A stretch of 64,000 nucleotides of DNA from Thermosipho sp. (in: thermotogales). GTDB taxonomy: Bacteria; Thermotogota; Thermotogae; Thermotogales; Fervidobacteriaceae. Numbering within the stretch: the stretch's first letter is position 1; each line of letters begins with the position of its first letter. Shown here piece after piece: positions 52,417 through 62,518 of the stretch. The notes under the pieces were generated by a model, which made no database searches, had not been told where the DNA came from, and saw only the letters and a list, made by a program, of their open reading frames with translations. Made by a program: the position numbers and the translations under genes. The stretch is from positions 31,821 to 95,820 of the forward strand of contig JASKLO010000002.1 of NCBI GenBank assembly GCA_030153605.1, read 5' to 3'.

Positions 52417-52437
52417 ATTTTTAACGGAGGTGGTTAA

Positions 52438-52983
52438 ATGTTAACGAGAAATGAAGCCTTTGAATTACTAAAAAAACATGTAAAAACTAAGAATTTAATA
52501 AAACACTGTTTAGCTACTGAAGCAGTTATGAGGAAAATGGCTGAATATTTTGGTGAGGATACTGAAATTTGGGGTTTAGCTGGTTTATTGCATGATTTAG
52601 ATTATGAATATACGAAAAACAACCCCGAAGAACATGGTTTAAAAACAGTGGAATTATTAGGAGATAGTGTTCCAAAAGAAGTTAAAAATGCGATTTTAGC
52701 ACATTGTGAAAAAAAAGAAAGGGAAAGTTTAATTGAAAAAGTAATTTATGCTGTTGATCCAACTACTGGTTTTATTGTAGCAGGTGCTTTGATAAAACCA
52801 GAAAAAAAATTATCTGCTATCGATGTTAATTTCTTATTGAATAGATTTAAGGAAAAATCCTTTGCTAAAGGAGCCAGTAGAGAACAAATGAAAAGTTGTG
52901 AAGATTTTGGTTTATCTCTTGAAAAATTTTATGAATTATCATTAGAGGCCATGAGAGAAATTTCGGAGGAACTCGGATTATGA
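52438..52983 (+). CDS. HD-domain metal-dependent phosphohydrolase
   Basis: H...LLHDLDY...H pattern, 181 aa. Confidence 0.8.
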   Translation: MLTRNEAFELLKKHVKTKNLIKHCLATEAVMRKMAEYFGEDTEIWGLAGLLHDLDYEYTKNNPEEHGLKTVELLGDSVPKEVKNAILAHCEKKERESLIEKVIYAVDPTTGFIVAGALIKPEKKLSAIDVNFLLNRFKEKSFAKGASREQMKSCEDFGLSLEKFYELSLEAMREISEELGL

Positions 52984-53387
52984 TCTATAGGCTTTTTCTT
53001 TGGCTTTTTCCATTACTTCTTGTTGCTTTTGACAAATCTTTTTTTGATATTATTGTAGTTTTTCCACTATTCTTTTATATTGAATCTTTAAATGACTTTA
53101 CTTTTGAAAAAGCTTTGCGCTTTATAACTTATCTTTCTATATATGTATTTGTAAATTATCATGAATTCAGTTTTTTGTTTGTGGTTTTGATTTTTATTAT
53201 TTTAATCATAGATTCATCTAGAGAATATTGGATGAAGATATGGTTCTTACCACTTGTACAAAGTGCCTTATTTTTAATTCCTATGGTATTTGAAGGATAT
53301 TTCGCGTCGTATTTAATTTCACTAAGCGTATTTTTTGTGATTTTTATGATTCTATTTGAAAAGAGAATAATAAGAATAAATATTTGA
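52980..53387 (+). CDS. Hypothetical polytopic membrane protein
   Basis: 135-aa hydrophobic ORF overlapping its neighbours by 4 nt. No motif was recognised. Confidence 0.5.
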   Translation: MIYRLFLWLFPLLLVAFDKSFFDIIVVFPLFFYIESLNDFTFEKALRFITYLSIYVFVNYHEFSFLFVVLIFIILIIDSSREYWMKIWFLPLVQSALFLIPMVFEGYFASYLISLSVFFVIFMILFEKRIIRINI

Positions 53388-53404
53388 TTTTTGGAGGTGC
53401 TAAA

Positions 53405-55315
53405 ATGAAGATTATCCTTCCTGATGGTAGTATAAAGAAATATAATAATCCGGTGACACCTGGTCAAATAGCTAGAGAAATTAGTGAGGGATTATATAGA
53501 AACGCTGTAGGAGCAGTAGTAAATGGACAGTTATGGGATCTTGAAAGGCCCATTGATTTTGATTGTGAATTAAGAATAATTACAAAGAAAGATAAAGAAG
53601 CTCCTGAATTTTATAGGCACACAATGTCTCATATTATGGCTCAGGCAGTAATGAGGATTTATGGAGAGAATAATGTAAGGCTTGGTATTGGACCTACTAT
53701 AGAAAATGGGTTCTACTATGACTTTGAAATATTAAACGGTTCAATAACCGAAGATGATTTGGAAAAAATTGAGAAGAAAATGAAAGAAATCATAAAAGAG
53801 GATCTAAAAATAGAAAGATTTGAATTAGACAAAGAAGAAGCAATTAAGTTCATGAAAGAAAAAGGGCAAGTTTATAAAGTTGAATTAATTGAAGAAATAC
53901 CAGATGAAAAAGTAAGTTTTTATAGACAAGGAGAATTCGTTGATCTTTGTAGAGGACCTCATTTGCCTAGAACTGGTATGATAAAACATTTTAAATTATT
54001 ATCAGTTTCTGGGGCATATTGGCGAGGAAGCGAAAAAAATCCTATGCTGCAAAGAATTTACGGTACAGCATTTGCTACCAAAGAGGAACTTGAAGAGTAT
54101 TTAAAAATGATAGAAGAAGCAAAAAAAAGAGACCATAGGAAATTAGGGCCAAAACTTGGTTTGTTCTTTATTAATACTGAGGTTGCGCCTGGAATGCCTA
54201 TTTTTTTACCTAAAGGGTCAATTATTTTAAATGAACTAATGAGTTTTTCAAGAAAATTGCATAAAAAATATGATTATTCTGAAGTTATGACGCCACTTGT
54301 AATGAATGTTAAATTATGGCATCAAAGTGGGCACTGGGATCATTATAAAGAAAACATGTACTTTACTGAAAAAGAAGAAGTTGAGTATGCTATAAAACCT
54401 ATGAATTGTCCTGGACATATTTTGATATATAAAAATGAAGTTGTTTCATATAGAGATCTTCCTATAAGGTTATTCGAATTTGGAAAGGTACATAGATATG
54501 AAAGAAGTGGTGTATTACATGGTCTTTTAAGAGTAAGAGCTTTTACTCAAGATGATGCTCATATTTTTTGTAGGCAAGATCAAATTGAAGATGAAGTATC
54601 CTCTGTAGTTAGATTAATAGACGAACTTTATAAGCCGTTTGGTTTTACTTACAGAGCAACTTTAAGTACAATGCCAGAAGATCATATGGGAGATGAGAAG
54701 ACTTGGGAAAAAGCAACAGAGGCTTTGAGAAAGGTTTTAGAAGATATTAATTTAGATTTTGAAATAGCTGAAGGTGAAGGTGCATTTTACGGCCCAAAAG
54801 TTGATTTTCATGTTAAAGATTCTTTAGGTAGAGAATGGCAATGTGCAACAATTCAACTTGATTTCCAAATGCCTGAAAGATTTGATTTAACATATATTGA
54901 CAAGAATGGCGAAGAAGTAAGACCAGTAATGATTCATACTGCTAAATATGGTTCACTTGAGAGGTTTTTTGGTATTTTAATTGAACATTACGCAGGAGCT
55001 TTTCCTCTCTGGATTTCGCCAATTCAAGTTACAGTTTTACCAGTATCTGATAAATTTTCAACATATGCTTCAAAAATAACAAAGGAATTGGTTGACAGTG
55101 GAATTAGAGCTCACCTTGATTCGAGAAATGAAACTTTAGGGTATAGAATTAGAGAGGCCCAGATGCAGAAAATACCATATATGTTAATTGTTGGTGAAAA
55201 AGAACAAAGCAATGAAACTGTTAGTTTGAGAAGCAGAGATGGCGAGGAAATTAATAATTTAAAATTAGAAGAAGTTATATCAATGTTAAAAAATAAAATT
55301 GAAAACATGAAGTAA
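53405..55315 (+). CDS. thrS: Threonine--tRNA ligase
   Basis: Has the TGS N-terminus MKIILPDGS, the editing motif [11 protein letters not shown], the class II motifs [13 protein letters not shown] and GAFYGPK, and an anticodon-binding C-terminus. ATG 53405 has the SD ggaggtg. Confidence 0.97.
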   Translation: MKIILPDGSIKKYNNPVTPGQIAREISEGLYRNAVGAVVNGQLWDLERPIDFDCELRIITKKDKEAPEFYRHTMSHIMAQAVMRIYGENNVRLGIGPTIENGFYYDFEILNGSITEDDLEKIEKKMKEIIKEDLKIERFELDKEEAIKFMKEKGQVYKVELIEEIPDEKVSFYRQGEFVDLCRGPHLPRTGMIKHFKLLSVSGAYWRGSEKNPMLQRIYGTAFATKEELEEYLKMIEEAKKRDHRKLGPKLGLFFINTEVAPGMPIFLPKGSIILNELMSFSRKLHKKYDYSEVMTPLVMNVKLWHQSGHWDHYKENMYFTEKEEVEYAIKPMNCPGHILIYKNEVVSYRDLPIRLFEFGKVHRYERSGVLHGLLRVRAFTQDDAHIFCRQDQIEDEVSSVVRLIDELYKPFGFTYRATLSTMPEDHMGDEKTWEKATEALRKVLEDINLDFEIAEGEGAFYGPKVDFHVKDSLGREWQCATIQLDFQMPERFDLTYIDKNGEEVRPVMIHTAKYGSLERFFGILIEHYAGAFPLWISPIQVTVLPVSDKFSTYASKITKELVDSGIRAHLDSRNETLGYRIREAQMQKIPYMLIVGEKEQSNETVSLRSRDGEEINNLKLEEVISMLKNKIENMK

Positions 55316-55364
55316 AAATCAAAAAGGGGGTGATATAATCAACCCAACAATTTTCTGGATAATT

Positions 55365-55790
55365 TTGGGTATCATTTTAATGGTTTTGGAAATTGTAACT
55401 CCTACATTTTTCATATTTTGGTTTGGAGTTGGAGGACTTGCCGCTGCATTAGTTGCATACTTTGTTGGTAATACTATTTGGGAATTAATAACTTTTATTG
55501 TGGTTTCTGGATTTTTAGTTTTACTAACAAGGCCTCTAGTAAATAAGATGACTGGAGAACAACCAAGACAAATTAATGTTGATGAAATAATTGGTAAAAG
55601 AGCTTTAGTTCTTGAAGAAATTGATAATAAATCTGGTAAAGGGATAGTAAAAATCAATGGAGATACTTGGAGGGCATATTCTGTTGATGATGAAGTAAAA
55701 ATAAAAAAAGGTGAATATGTAAAAATTTTAAAGGTAGAAGGAGCACATTTAGTTGTAGAAAAATTTGATGATAAAAATGCAGATAGTTAA
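55365..55790 (+). CDS. NfeD family membrane protein
   Basis: Two or three TM helices are followed by a C-terminal OB-fold-like domain (GKGIVKINGDTWRAYS...VKILKVEGAHLVVEK). It sits directly upstream of an SPFH gene. The true start may lie a few codons upstream. Confidence 0.8.
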   Translation: MGIILMVLEIVTPTFFIFWFGVGGLAAALVAYFVGNTIWELITFIVVSGFLVLLTRPLVNKMTGEQPRQINVDEIIGKRALVLEEIDNKSGKGIVKINGDTWRAYSVDDEVKIKKGEYVKILKVEGAHLVVEKFDDKNADS

Positions 55791-55806
55791 ATAGGAGGGG
55801 GTACAT

Positions 55807-56730
55807 ATGTATATTTTGTATTTAATAATCATTCTATTTTTGTTTATTTTGGCAGCGTCCGGAATAAAAATTGTTAGACCTAACGAAAGAGGTTTGGTAG
55901 AACGTTTGGGAAAGTTTAAAAAAGAAGTAAAAGCAGGAATTCATTTCATTATTCCTTTTTTTGATCGTATGCAAAAAGTTGATCTAAGAGAACATGTAAT
56001 TGACGTTCCACCACAAGAAGTTATTACCAAAGATAATGTTGTTGTTACTGTAGATGCTGTAATTTATTATGAAATCACAGATGCTTACAAAGCAGTTTAC
56101 AATGTAAGTAATTTTGAATTTGCAACTATTAAACTTGCACAAACCAATTTAAGAAACGTTATTGGTGAATTGGAATTAGACCAAACTTTGACATCTAGGG
56201 AAAAGATTAATACTAAATTAAGAACTGTCTTGGACGAAGCTACAGACAAATGGGGTATAAGAATAACGAGAGTTGAAATCAAAAAAATTGATCCACCAAA
56301 AGACATAATGGAAGCAATGAGTAAACAAATGAAAGCTGAGAGAACTAAGAGAGCTGCAATTCTAGAAGCAGAGGGTATTAGGCAATCAGAAATATTGAAA
56401 GCTGAAGGTCAAAAACAAGCGGCTATATTAAAAGCCGAAGGTGAAGCGGAAGCAATTAAGAAAGTAGCTGAAGCTAATAAATTTAAACTTATCACTGAAG
56501 CAAAAGGTCAAGGAGATGCAATTAAGTTAGTCTTCAAAGCAATACATGATGGAAATCCAACTACTGATTTAATTGCAATCAGATATCTTGAAACTTTGAA
56601 AGAGGTAGCTAATGGAACTGCAACAAAGATTTTCTTACCAATGGAAGTTTCTGGTATTTTAGGAAGTATTGGTGCTATTGGCGAAATGTTTAAAAACGAT
56701 AAAAATGGCGGTGAAAGCAACAATGCTTAA
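55807..56730 (+). CDS. SPFH/band 7 (stomatin/prohibitin-like) protein
   Basis: Has an N-terminal TM helix, [16 protein letters not shown], and an SPFH core. A coiled-coil [33 protein letters not shown] is present. Confidence 0.92.
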   Translation: MYILYLIIILFLFILAASGIKIVRPNERGLVERLGKFKKEVKAGIHFIIPFFDRMQKVDLREHVIDVPPQEVITKDNVVVTVDAVIYYEITDAYKAVYNVSNFEFATIKLAQTNLRNVIGELELDQTLTSREKINTKLRTVLDEATDKWGIRITRVEIKKIDPPKDIMEAMSKQMKAERTKRAAILEAEGIRQSEILKAEGQKQAAILKAEGEAEAIKKVAEANKFKLITEAKGQGDAIKLVFKAIHDGNPTTDLIAIRYLETLKEVANGTATKIFLPMEVSGILGSIGAIGEMFKNDKNGGESNNA

Positions 56731-57202
56731 ACTTTTCCTTATAGTTACTTTTTCAGGAGTCTTAGGACTCCTGATTTCTATAATATTTTCTTTTTTGATT
56801 GTTTTATCTAATTCTTTCTTTAAGTATGGTTCTTTTAGATTTTTTAATGAAATAATGGTTTTAGGATTATCTATTTTTGGATGGTTTTATTTGACCTCAA
56901 ACTTATTGAGTTTTATGTTTTTTCTATTTTTATCAGTTTTGTATCATTTGTACAGAATAATAAGTGAAATTTATTCAATTGATGCTAGATTCCGAACTTT
57001 AGTTTTGGCTCTTGGTAAAGATCGATTTGAATATGCAACATTTTCATTGAAAAGAGTTAGAAGAAGAATCTTAGGTACTTTTCTTAAATATTTTACAATT
57101 ATTTTGACTGGATATTCTGTTTCTCAGTCCTTGCATCCTCTAATAATTGGTGGTATATCTTTAATAGTAGGCTCAATAATTATTATTTTGAGATTGGACT
57201 GA
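56723..57202 (+). CDS. Hypothetical polytopic membrane protein
   Basis: Hydrophobic ORF. ATG 56723 overlaps the SPFH stop by 8 nt; the track ORF starts at 56669. Confidence 0.5.
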   Translation: MLKLFLIVTFSGVLGLLISIIFSFLIVLSNSFFKYGSFRFFNEIMVLGLSIFGWFYLTSNLLSFMFFLFLSVLYHLYRIISEIYSIDARFRTLVLALGKDRFEYATFSLKRVRRRILGTFLKYFTIILTGYSVSQSLHPLIIGGISLIVGSIIIILRLD

Positions 57203-57217
57203 GAAAGGGGAAAGTTT

Positions 57218-58351
57218 GTGCATAAAAAGAAGAGCAGTTTTGAAACTTTAGTATTTGTCATATTTCTTATTTCGCTGTTCTATTTTATAGAACAAACAAT
57301 GGGAACAGCTAATTTTTTTAAAACATTAATGGCAACTGCTCATGATCTTTTACTTAACACTGTTTTTTTTATAATGGCTGTTGCAGTTCTAACTGGTTCG
57401 TTTTCTTCCCTTTTGTTTGAATTCGGTGTAGCAAACTTGATTGATTTTTTGTTAAAGCCCCTTGTTAAACCATTATATAATCTTCCAGGTGTTTCAGTAA
57501 TGGGAATTATTTCTACCTATTTTTCAGATAATCCTGCCATAATTGCCCTTGCTAAAGACAAACGATTTATGAATAATTTTGAAAAATGGCAAGAACCTCT
57601 TTTGTGTAATCTTGGGACTTCTTTTGGTATGGGATTGATTGTTTCAACGTTTATGATTGCACAAGGAAATAGAATGAACACAAATTTAGTTCCAGCAGTT
57701 ATAATAGGGAATATAGGTGCATTTGTTGGCAGCATTATTAGTGTTAGAATGTTTTCGATTTATACAAAGAAAAGGTTAGGTAATGTCAAAAAAAGCGAAC
57801 AATTGTTTCCAAAAGAATATTATAGGGAAACTCGCCCTGGAAGCTTTATGGAACGATTTTTAGAAGCGTTATTAGACGGAGGTAAAAGTGGAGTAGAAAT
57901 CGGATTAGGAATAATTCCAGGTGTTCTTGTTATAAGTACATTTGTTATGATGATTACTTTTGGACCTAGCGATCCTTCAAAAGGATACCAGGGATTAGCA
58001 TATGAAGGAATTCCTATTTTACCGTACTTGGGTCAAAAAGTTTTCGTTTTGATAAAAGCTCTTTTTGGTTTTAGTAATCCTGAACTAATTGCCTTTCCAT
58101 TAACGTCTCTTGGTTCAACTGGAGCTGCCTTGGCTTTAATTCCAAAGTTTATTGATTTAAAAATAATCAATGCAAATGATATAGCAGTTTTTACAGCAAT
58201 GGGTATGACTTGGAGTGGCTATTTAAGCACTCACGTTGCTATGATGGACGAGTTGGGCTATCGTTATTTAACGGGTAAAGCAATTTTATCACATACTTTT
58301 GGTGGTTTGTCTGCCGGTATTATTGCACATTTCCTTTATTTATTCTTTTAA
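57218..58351 (+). CDS. Polytopic membrane protein, possibly of the nucleoside-recognition (Gate) domain family; function unknown
   Basis: 377 aa with multiple TM helices. The family assignment is tentative and based on overall pattern only. Confidence 0.45.
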   Translation: MHKKKSSFETLVFVIFLISLFYFIEQTMGTANFFKTLMATAHDLLLNTVFFIMAVAVLTGSFSSLLFEFGVANLIDFLLKPLVKPLYNLPGVSVMGIISTYFSDNPAIIALAKDKRFMNNFEKWQEPLLCNLGTSFGMGLIVSTFMIAQGNRMNTNLVPAVIIGNIGAFVGSIISVRMFSIYTKKRLGNVKKSEQLFPKEYYRETRPGSFMERFLEALLDGGKSGVEIGLGIIPGVLVISTFVMMITFGPSDPSKGYQGLAYEGIPILPYLGQKVFVLIKALFGFSNPELIAFPLTSLGSTGAALALIPKFIDLKIINANDIAVFTAMGMTWSGYLSTHVAMMDELGYRYLTGKAILSHTFGGLSAGIIAHFLYLFF

Positions 58352-58468
58352 CTCACTCCCCGAAATTACACAATTGTAACATCTTGTATCATAAACTTAA
58401 AGTTTTATATGTTTTATTGTTTCATCTTTTAGTTTATTATAATCTTGACTTTAAAAGAGGGGAGTGAG
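58352..58468 (+). promoter_or_regulatory. Long-range anti-SD/SD pairing in front of the decarboxylase gene
   Basis: CTCACTCCCC (58352-58361) is the exact reverse complement of GGGGAGTGAG (58459-58468). The latter is the SD of the GTG start at 58473. Confidence 0.4.
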
Positions 58469-58472
58469 GTAA

Positions 58473-59666
58473 GTGAACAAATTGGCTGTAAACAAGATTT
58501 TAAAGGAACTTGTAGAAAAATATGGTACTCCTTTGCTTGTAATGGATCTAGAGGTAATCAAAGAAAATTATAAAAGACTTATTAGAAATGTTAATAATTG
58601 TAAGGTTTATTACGCTGTTAAAGCCAACTCCCATATTGAAATTGTAAAAACACTAAATGAATTGGGAAGCCACTTTGATGTGGCTTCAAAAGGTGAAATA
58701 GAAAAGCTTTTAAGTTTAGGGGTATCTCCCGAAAAAATGAGTTTTGGTAATACAATTAAAAAATCTTCTGATATTAAATTTGCCTTTGAGAACGGAATTA
58801 AAATGTTTGCTGTTGATTCGGAAATGGAGATAGAGAAAATAGCTTTTAATGCACCTGGTTCAGATATATATGTAAGAATAAGCACAAACGGAATGGAAAA
58901 TGATGCTGATTGGCCATTAACTAGAAAATTTGGTACAAGTGTTGATCATGCAATCCAACTAGTTAAATATGCACATGATTTGGGTTTAAATCCAATTGGT
59001 GTTAGTTTTCATGTTGGCTCCCAAAATTATAACCCAAATAATTGGAGAGTAGCTATTAGGGAAGTTTCAGTTGTTTTTGAAGAAGCAAGAAGATTAGGTA
59101 TAGAAATGAAAGTAGTAAATACTGGTGGTGGAATGCCTATTAAATATTCAAAAAATATTCCAACTGTTGAAGAAATTGCAGAGGTCATAAATCAATCAAT
59201 AAAAGATTACTTAGGTGAAGATATAACTGTAATTGTTGAACCCGGACGTTCAATGGTAGGTAATGCAGGGGCATTAGTTTCTGGAGTTATCTTAAAAAGT
59301 AAAAAAGGCGAAGAAAATTGGCTTTACACAGATGCAGGAGTTTTCCATGGTTTAACTGAGACAATTCAAAATATTAGATATGAGATGTCTGTGATTGGAA
59401 AAGAAAATGAGAATAAACAAAAATTTGTTTTAGCTGGTCCTACTTGTGATAGTGTTGATGTGATGTATTACGATGCAGAGCTTCCTGAATCTACAACTAT
59501 CGATGATTTAATTGTATTTTATAATACAGGTGCCTATACTACTGAATATGGTACTAATTTTAACGGAATACCTTCTCCAAAAGTAATTTTTGAAAATGGT
59601 TTATTAGTTGAAAAACCTGAAGAATACATTTTCGAGAAAATTTCTAAAGAACAGTATATGATATAA
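58473..59666 (+). CDS. Group IV PLP-dependent decarboxylase (ornithine/lysine decarboxylase-like)
   Basis: The PLP-Lys motif YAVKAN is present, along with HVGSQ, GGGMP, EPGRSMVGNAG and GPTCDSVD. The length is 397 aa. Confidence 0.85.
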   Translation: MNKLAVNKILKELVEKYGTPLLVMDLEVIKENYKRLIRNVNNCKVYYAVKANSHIEIVKTLNELGSHFDVASKGEIEKLLSLGVSPEKMSFGNTIKKSSDIKFAFENGIKMFAVDSEMEIEKIAFNAPGSDIYVRISTNGMENDADWPLTRKFGTSVDHAIQLVKYAHDLGLNPIGVSFHVGSQNYNPNNWRVAIREVSVVFEEARRLGIEMKVVNTGGGMPIKYSKNIPTVEEIAEVINQSIKDYLGEDITVIVEPGRSMVGNAGALVSGVILKSKKGEENWLYTDAGVFHGLTETIQNIRYEMSVIGKENENKQKFVLAGPTCDSVDVMYYDAELPESTTIDDLIVFYNTGAYTTEYGTNFNGIPSPKVIFENGLLVEKPEEYIFEKISKEQYMI

Positions 59667-59680
59667 TAAATTTGTATAGT

Positions 59681-59766
59681 GCCGAGGTGGCGGAATTGGC
59701 AGACGCGCATGACTCAGGATCATGTGGGGTTTTCCCGTGCGGGTTCAAATCCCGCCCTCGGCACCA
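59681..59766 (+). tRNA. tRNA-Leu (anticodon CAG), type II with a long variable arm and encoded CCA
   Basis: GCCGAGG acceptor pairs with CCTCGGC. The anticodon stem is CATGA/TCATG with loop CTCAGGA. It has a long variable arm, the T-loop TTCAAAT, and a terminal ACCA. Confidence 0.92.
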
Positions 59767-59811
59767 ATCCCTATTTTCAGGGTTTTTGTGTATATTAGAA
59801 AGGTGAGAATA

Positions 59812-60525
59812 GTGGAAATAGTAAATTTCAGCAATTTGACGCTGACTATTGGCGATGCAGAAGATGTCAGAAATAAAATAATTGAAAAAATAAAAAGCGG
59901 TGAAAAAACATTTGTTGTTACTTTAAATGCTTCTATTTTGTTAAGGACCTTAAAAGACGCTTATTATAGAAAAGTAGTTAATCATGCTCATTTTATAATT
60001 CCTGATGGGTCTGGGATTGTTTGGGCATTAAAAAGAAATAGAAATTTAAACACTGATAGGATAACTGGAATAGATACAATGTTATATCTTTGTGAAGAAG
60101 CTAAGAAAAATGGTTGGAAAGTGTATTTATTAGGGTCACAGCCATCCATTGTTGAAGAAGCTGCTAGAAGATTAATTAAAAATGGTGTAAATGTGATAGG
60201 ATATCATCATGGTTATTTTAAAGATGAAAATATCCCTGTAGAGGAAATTGAGAAATTAAAACCTGATTTATTATTTGTAGGAATGGGAGTACCAAAACAG
60301 GAAGAGTGGATTTATAAAAATTACAATCTTCCATTTAAATTTGCTATGGGTGTTGGTGGAAGTTTTGATGTGATATCTGGAAAAAAGAAAAGAGCACCTT
60401 TAATTTTTCAAAATTTACGTTTAGAATGGTTTTATAGGTGGTTGCAATCTCCATTGAAAAAGAGGAATGTTCCTATAGAGATATTTAGATATTATTTTTT
60501 AGTATTAAGAGGAAAAATAAAATGA
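59812..60525 (+). CDS. WecG/TagA/CpsF family glycosyltransferase (ManNAc transferase-like)
   Basis: IIPDGSGIVWA and VGMGVPKQEEWI are present. GTG 59812 lies behind the SD aaaggtgag. The first 30 codons of the track ORF (59722) are the tRNA gene. Confidence 0.85.
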   Translation: MEIVNFSNLTLTIGDAEDVRNKIIEKIKSGEKTFVVTLNASILLRTLKDAYYRKVVNHAHFIIPDGSGIVWALKRNRNLNTDRITGIDTMLYLCEEAKKNGWKVYLLGSQPSIVEEAARRLIKNGVNVIGYHHGYFKDENIPVEEIEKLKPDLLFVGMGVPKQEEWIYKNYNLPFKFAMGVGGSFDVISGKKKRAPLIFQNLRLEWFYRWLQSPLKKRNVPIEIFRYYFLVLRGKIK

Positions 60526-61151
60526 ACAAAGAAGAAATTTTAAAAAAATATGTTTTTGAACTTGTCAATGCTCCCTTAAATTTGACTGCTTTTAAGGATT
60601 TAAATCTTGCCTATGAATTCCTCGTGAATGATAGCATAAAACCTCTCAAAAAAAATGAAATAGGAGATAATTTTTTAGATGTGGGAACTGGTGGAGGAGT
60701 TCCTGGAGTTTTTATTAGTGTTTATTTTGATAAAAATGGAACTTTGATTGACTCATCTTTGAAAAAGATTTCCTATGTGGAAAAATTATGTGTGAAATTA
60801 GGAATAAAAAATCTTAAATTTGTACATGGCAGAATAGAAGAAAAAAAGGAATTGATAGAGCAATTTGATTCAGTATTTGCAAAAGCTGTAGCAGAATTGA
60901 GAATATTATTGGAATTAACAGTCCCATTTTCAAAAAAAGGGGGTAAAATATTTTTATATAAAGGAATTAATTATAAAGAGGAATTGGAAAGTGCTCAAAA
61001 TGCTATAAAAGAATTAAAAATTAAATTATTAGATGTAAGAAATTATAAAATCTTAGATAGAGAAAGGTTTCTTTTGATTTTTGAAAAACTAGAACATACA
61101 GATTCGAAATATCCCAGAAAATTTTCTAAAATTATCAAAAATCCTTTATGA
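60522..61151 (+). CDS. rsmG: 16S rRNA (guanine527-N7)-methyltransferase
   Basis: The SAM motif LDVGTGGGVPG is present. Its size and its position upstream of mnmE fit RsmG. Confidence 0.9.
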   Translation: MNKEEILKKYVFELVNAPLNLTAFKDLNLAYEFLVNDSIKPLKKNEIGDNFLDVGTGGGVPGVFISVYFDKNGTLIDSSLKKISYVEKLCVKLGIKNLKFVHGRIEEKKELIEQFDSVFAKAVAELRILLELTVPFSKKGGKIFLYKGINYKEELESAQNAIKELKIKLLDVRNYKILDRERFLLIFEKLEHTDSKYPRKFSKIIKNPL

Positions 61152-62491
61152 AAGGGGAAATGAATTTGAAAGATACAATTGCTGCTATATCTTCTCCAAG
61201 AGGAACTGGAGCTATTGCGATAATAAGGATTGATGGAGAAAAAAGTCATGAAATAGCTAGAAAAATAACTGGATTAGAAAATGTTGAATTTAAGAGGGTT
61301 TATCATAGATTTATAAAATATGAAAATGAAATTTTAGACGATGCAAACATAGTGTTTTATAAATCCCCTAATTCTTATACGGGTAATGATCTGGTTGAAA
61401 TTTATTGTCATGGAGGAATTTTAGTTACTCATAGAATTCTTGATGTTATTTTAAATGAAGGAGCCCGTTTGGCTGAAAGAGGTGAATTTACAAAGCGTGC
61501 ATTTTTGAATGGGAAGCTTTCTTTGATTCAAGCAGAAGCTATTTATCAAATAATAGAAGCAAAAAGTGAACTTTCGTTGAAAATCTCATTGGAGAATTTA
61601 AGAGGAAAATTAGGGAAAGAAATAGAAGAATTTAGAAATAGATTACTTCATGTTTTAGCAGAAATAGAAGTTTCAATTGATTATCCAGATGATATTGAAA
61701 GTGATAACAATCTAATAGTTAATGAATTAAATGAAATTTATAAGTTAATAAGTGAAAAGGTAAAAAAGAGTAAAAAAGGCATGCATTTAAGTTCTGGAAT
61801 AATAATGACCATTGTTGGAAAACCTAATTCAGGGAAATCAACATTATTAAATAGATTGTTATATGAAGATCGAGCGATTGTTACAGATATACCTGGGACA
61901 ACTAGAGATGTAATAAAAGGTGAGATAGATATTAGTGGTGTTCATTTTGTAATTGTTGATACTGCAGGAATTAGAGAGACAGATGACCCAATAGAAAAAA
62001 TAGGTATAGAGAGAAGTTTAAAGGAAATACAAAAAGCTGATATAATTTTATTTGTTTTAGATGCAACAACAGGTTTTACAGAAGAAGATTCATTTATTTT
62101 TGATCAGATAAAGAATTATAATTTTTTACCTGTGTGGAATAAGTGTGATGTTGGAAATAAAATTAATAAATTTCAAGAAGAGTCTGTAAAAATTAGCGCT
62201 ATAAATGGTACAGGTCTTAGAGATCTAGAAAGAACTATTATAGAAAAAGTAAGAGATATAATCGAAAGTGGTGAAACTTCTCATGTAACTACTCAAAGGC
62301 AATTGGAAATTTTAGAAAGAGTAAATCAATATATTAAAAGTGCTTTGAAAAATTTTGAAATTGGATACGAACTTGATATAATATCTATTGATATTAGGAA
62401 GGCCCTTGAAGAATTAGATACGTTATTGGGTAGAAAATTTAGTGAAGATCTGTTGGATACAATATTTTCTAATTTTTGTGTTGGAAAATAA
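61148..62491 (+). CDS. mnmE: tRNA modification GTPase MnmE
   Basis: DTIAAISSPRGTGAIAIIRIDG, the G domain GKPNSGKSTLLN, DIPGTTRD and DTAGIRET, and the C-terminal CVGK are present. An alternative start lies at ATG 61160. Confidence 0.95.
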   Translation: MKGEMNLKDTIAAISSPRGTGAIAIIRIDGEKSHEIARKITGLENVEFKRVYHRFIKYENEILDDANIVFYKSPNSYTGNDLVEIYCHGGILVTHRILDVILNEGARLAERGEFTKRAFLNGKLSLIQAEAIYQIIEAKSELSLKISLENLRGKLGKEIEEFRNRLLHVLAEIEVSIDYPDDIESDNNLIVNELNEIYKLISEKVKKSKKGMHLSSGIIMTIVGKPNSGKSTLLNRLLYEDRAIVTDIPGTTRDVIKGEIDISGVHFVIVDTAGIRETDDPIEKIGIERSLKEIQKADIILFVLDATTGFTEEDSFIFDQIKNYNFLPVWNKCDVGNKINKFQEESVKISAINGTGLRDLERTIIEKVRDIIESGETSHVTTQRQLEILERVNQYIKSALKNFEIGYELDIISIDIRKALEELDTLLGRKFSEDLLDTIFSNFCVGK

Positions 62492-62518
62492 AAAAAAACA
62501 CGGGCCTTCAGGCCCGCA
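62491..62518 (-). terminator. Intrinsic terminator oriented for a minus-strand transcript
   Basis: GC stem cgggcc-ttca-ggcccg. The U-tract (T8 on the minus strand, the plus-strand A8 at 62491-62498) lies on the minus-strand 3' side. No T-run follows on the plus strand. Confidence 0.6.

Noticed and set aside
53384-53404. Upstream extension of thrS (MIFGGAK...), or a T-box leader for thrS.
   Set aside because: The extension overlaps the preceding membrane gene, and the SD ggaggtg sits correctly for ATG 53405. There is no room for a T-box leader of about 200 nt.
59722-59811. N-terminal 30 codons of track ORF 59722..60525 (MWGFPVRVQIPPSAP...).
   Set aside because: This stretch is the 3' half of tRNA-Leu plus spacer. 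The real WecG/TagA-like CDS most likely starts at GTG 59812, behind aaaggtgag.
1552-61249. Many ORFs of 60-170 codons antisense to or out of frame with recognised genes. Examples are 1552..2040(-), 8548..8856(-), 12699..13181(-), 16690..17136(-), 21145..21654(-), 22244..22594(-), 27001..27390(-), 28179..28649(-), 40155..40484(+), 43944..44333(-), 46953..47399(+) and 53159..53467(-).
   Set aside because: They are shadow ORFs inside well-supported genes. They have low-complexity Ser/Phe/Ile/Leu-rich translations, no SD and no recognisable motifs. This is expected in AT-rich DNA on the strand opposite to real genes.
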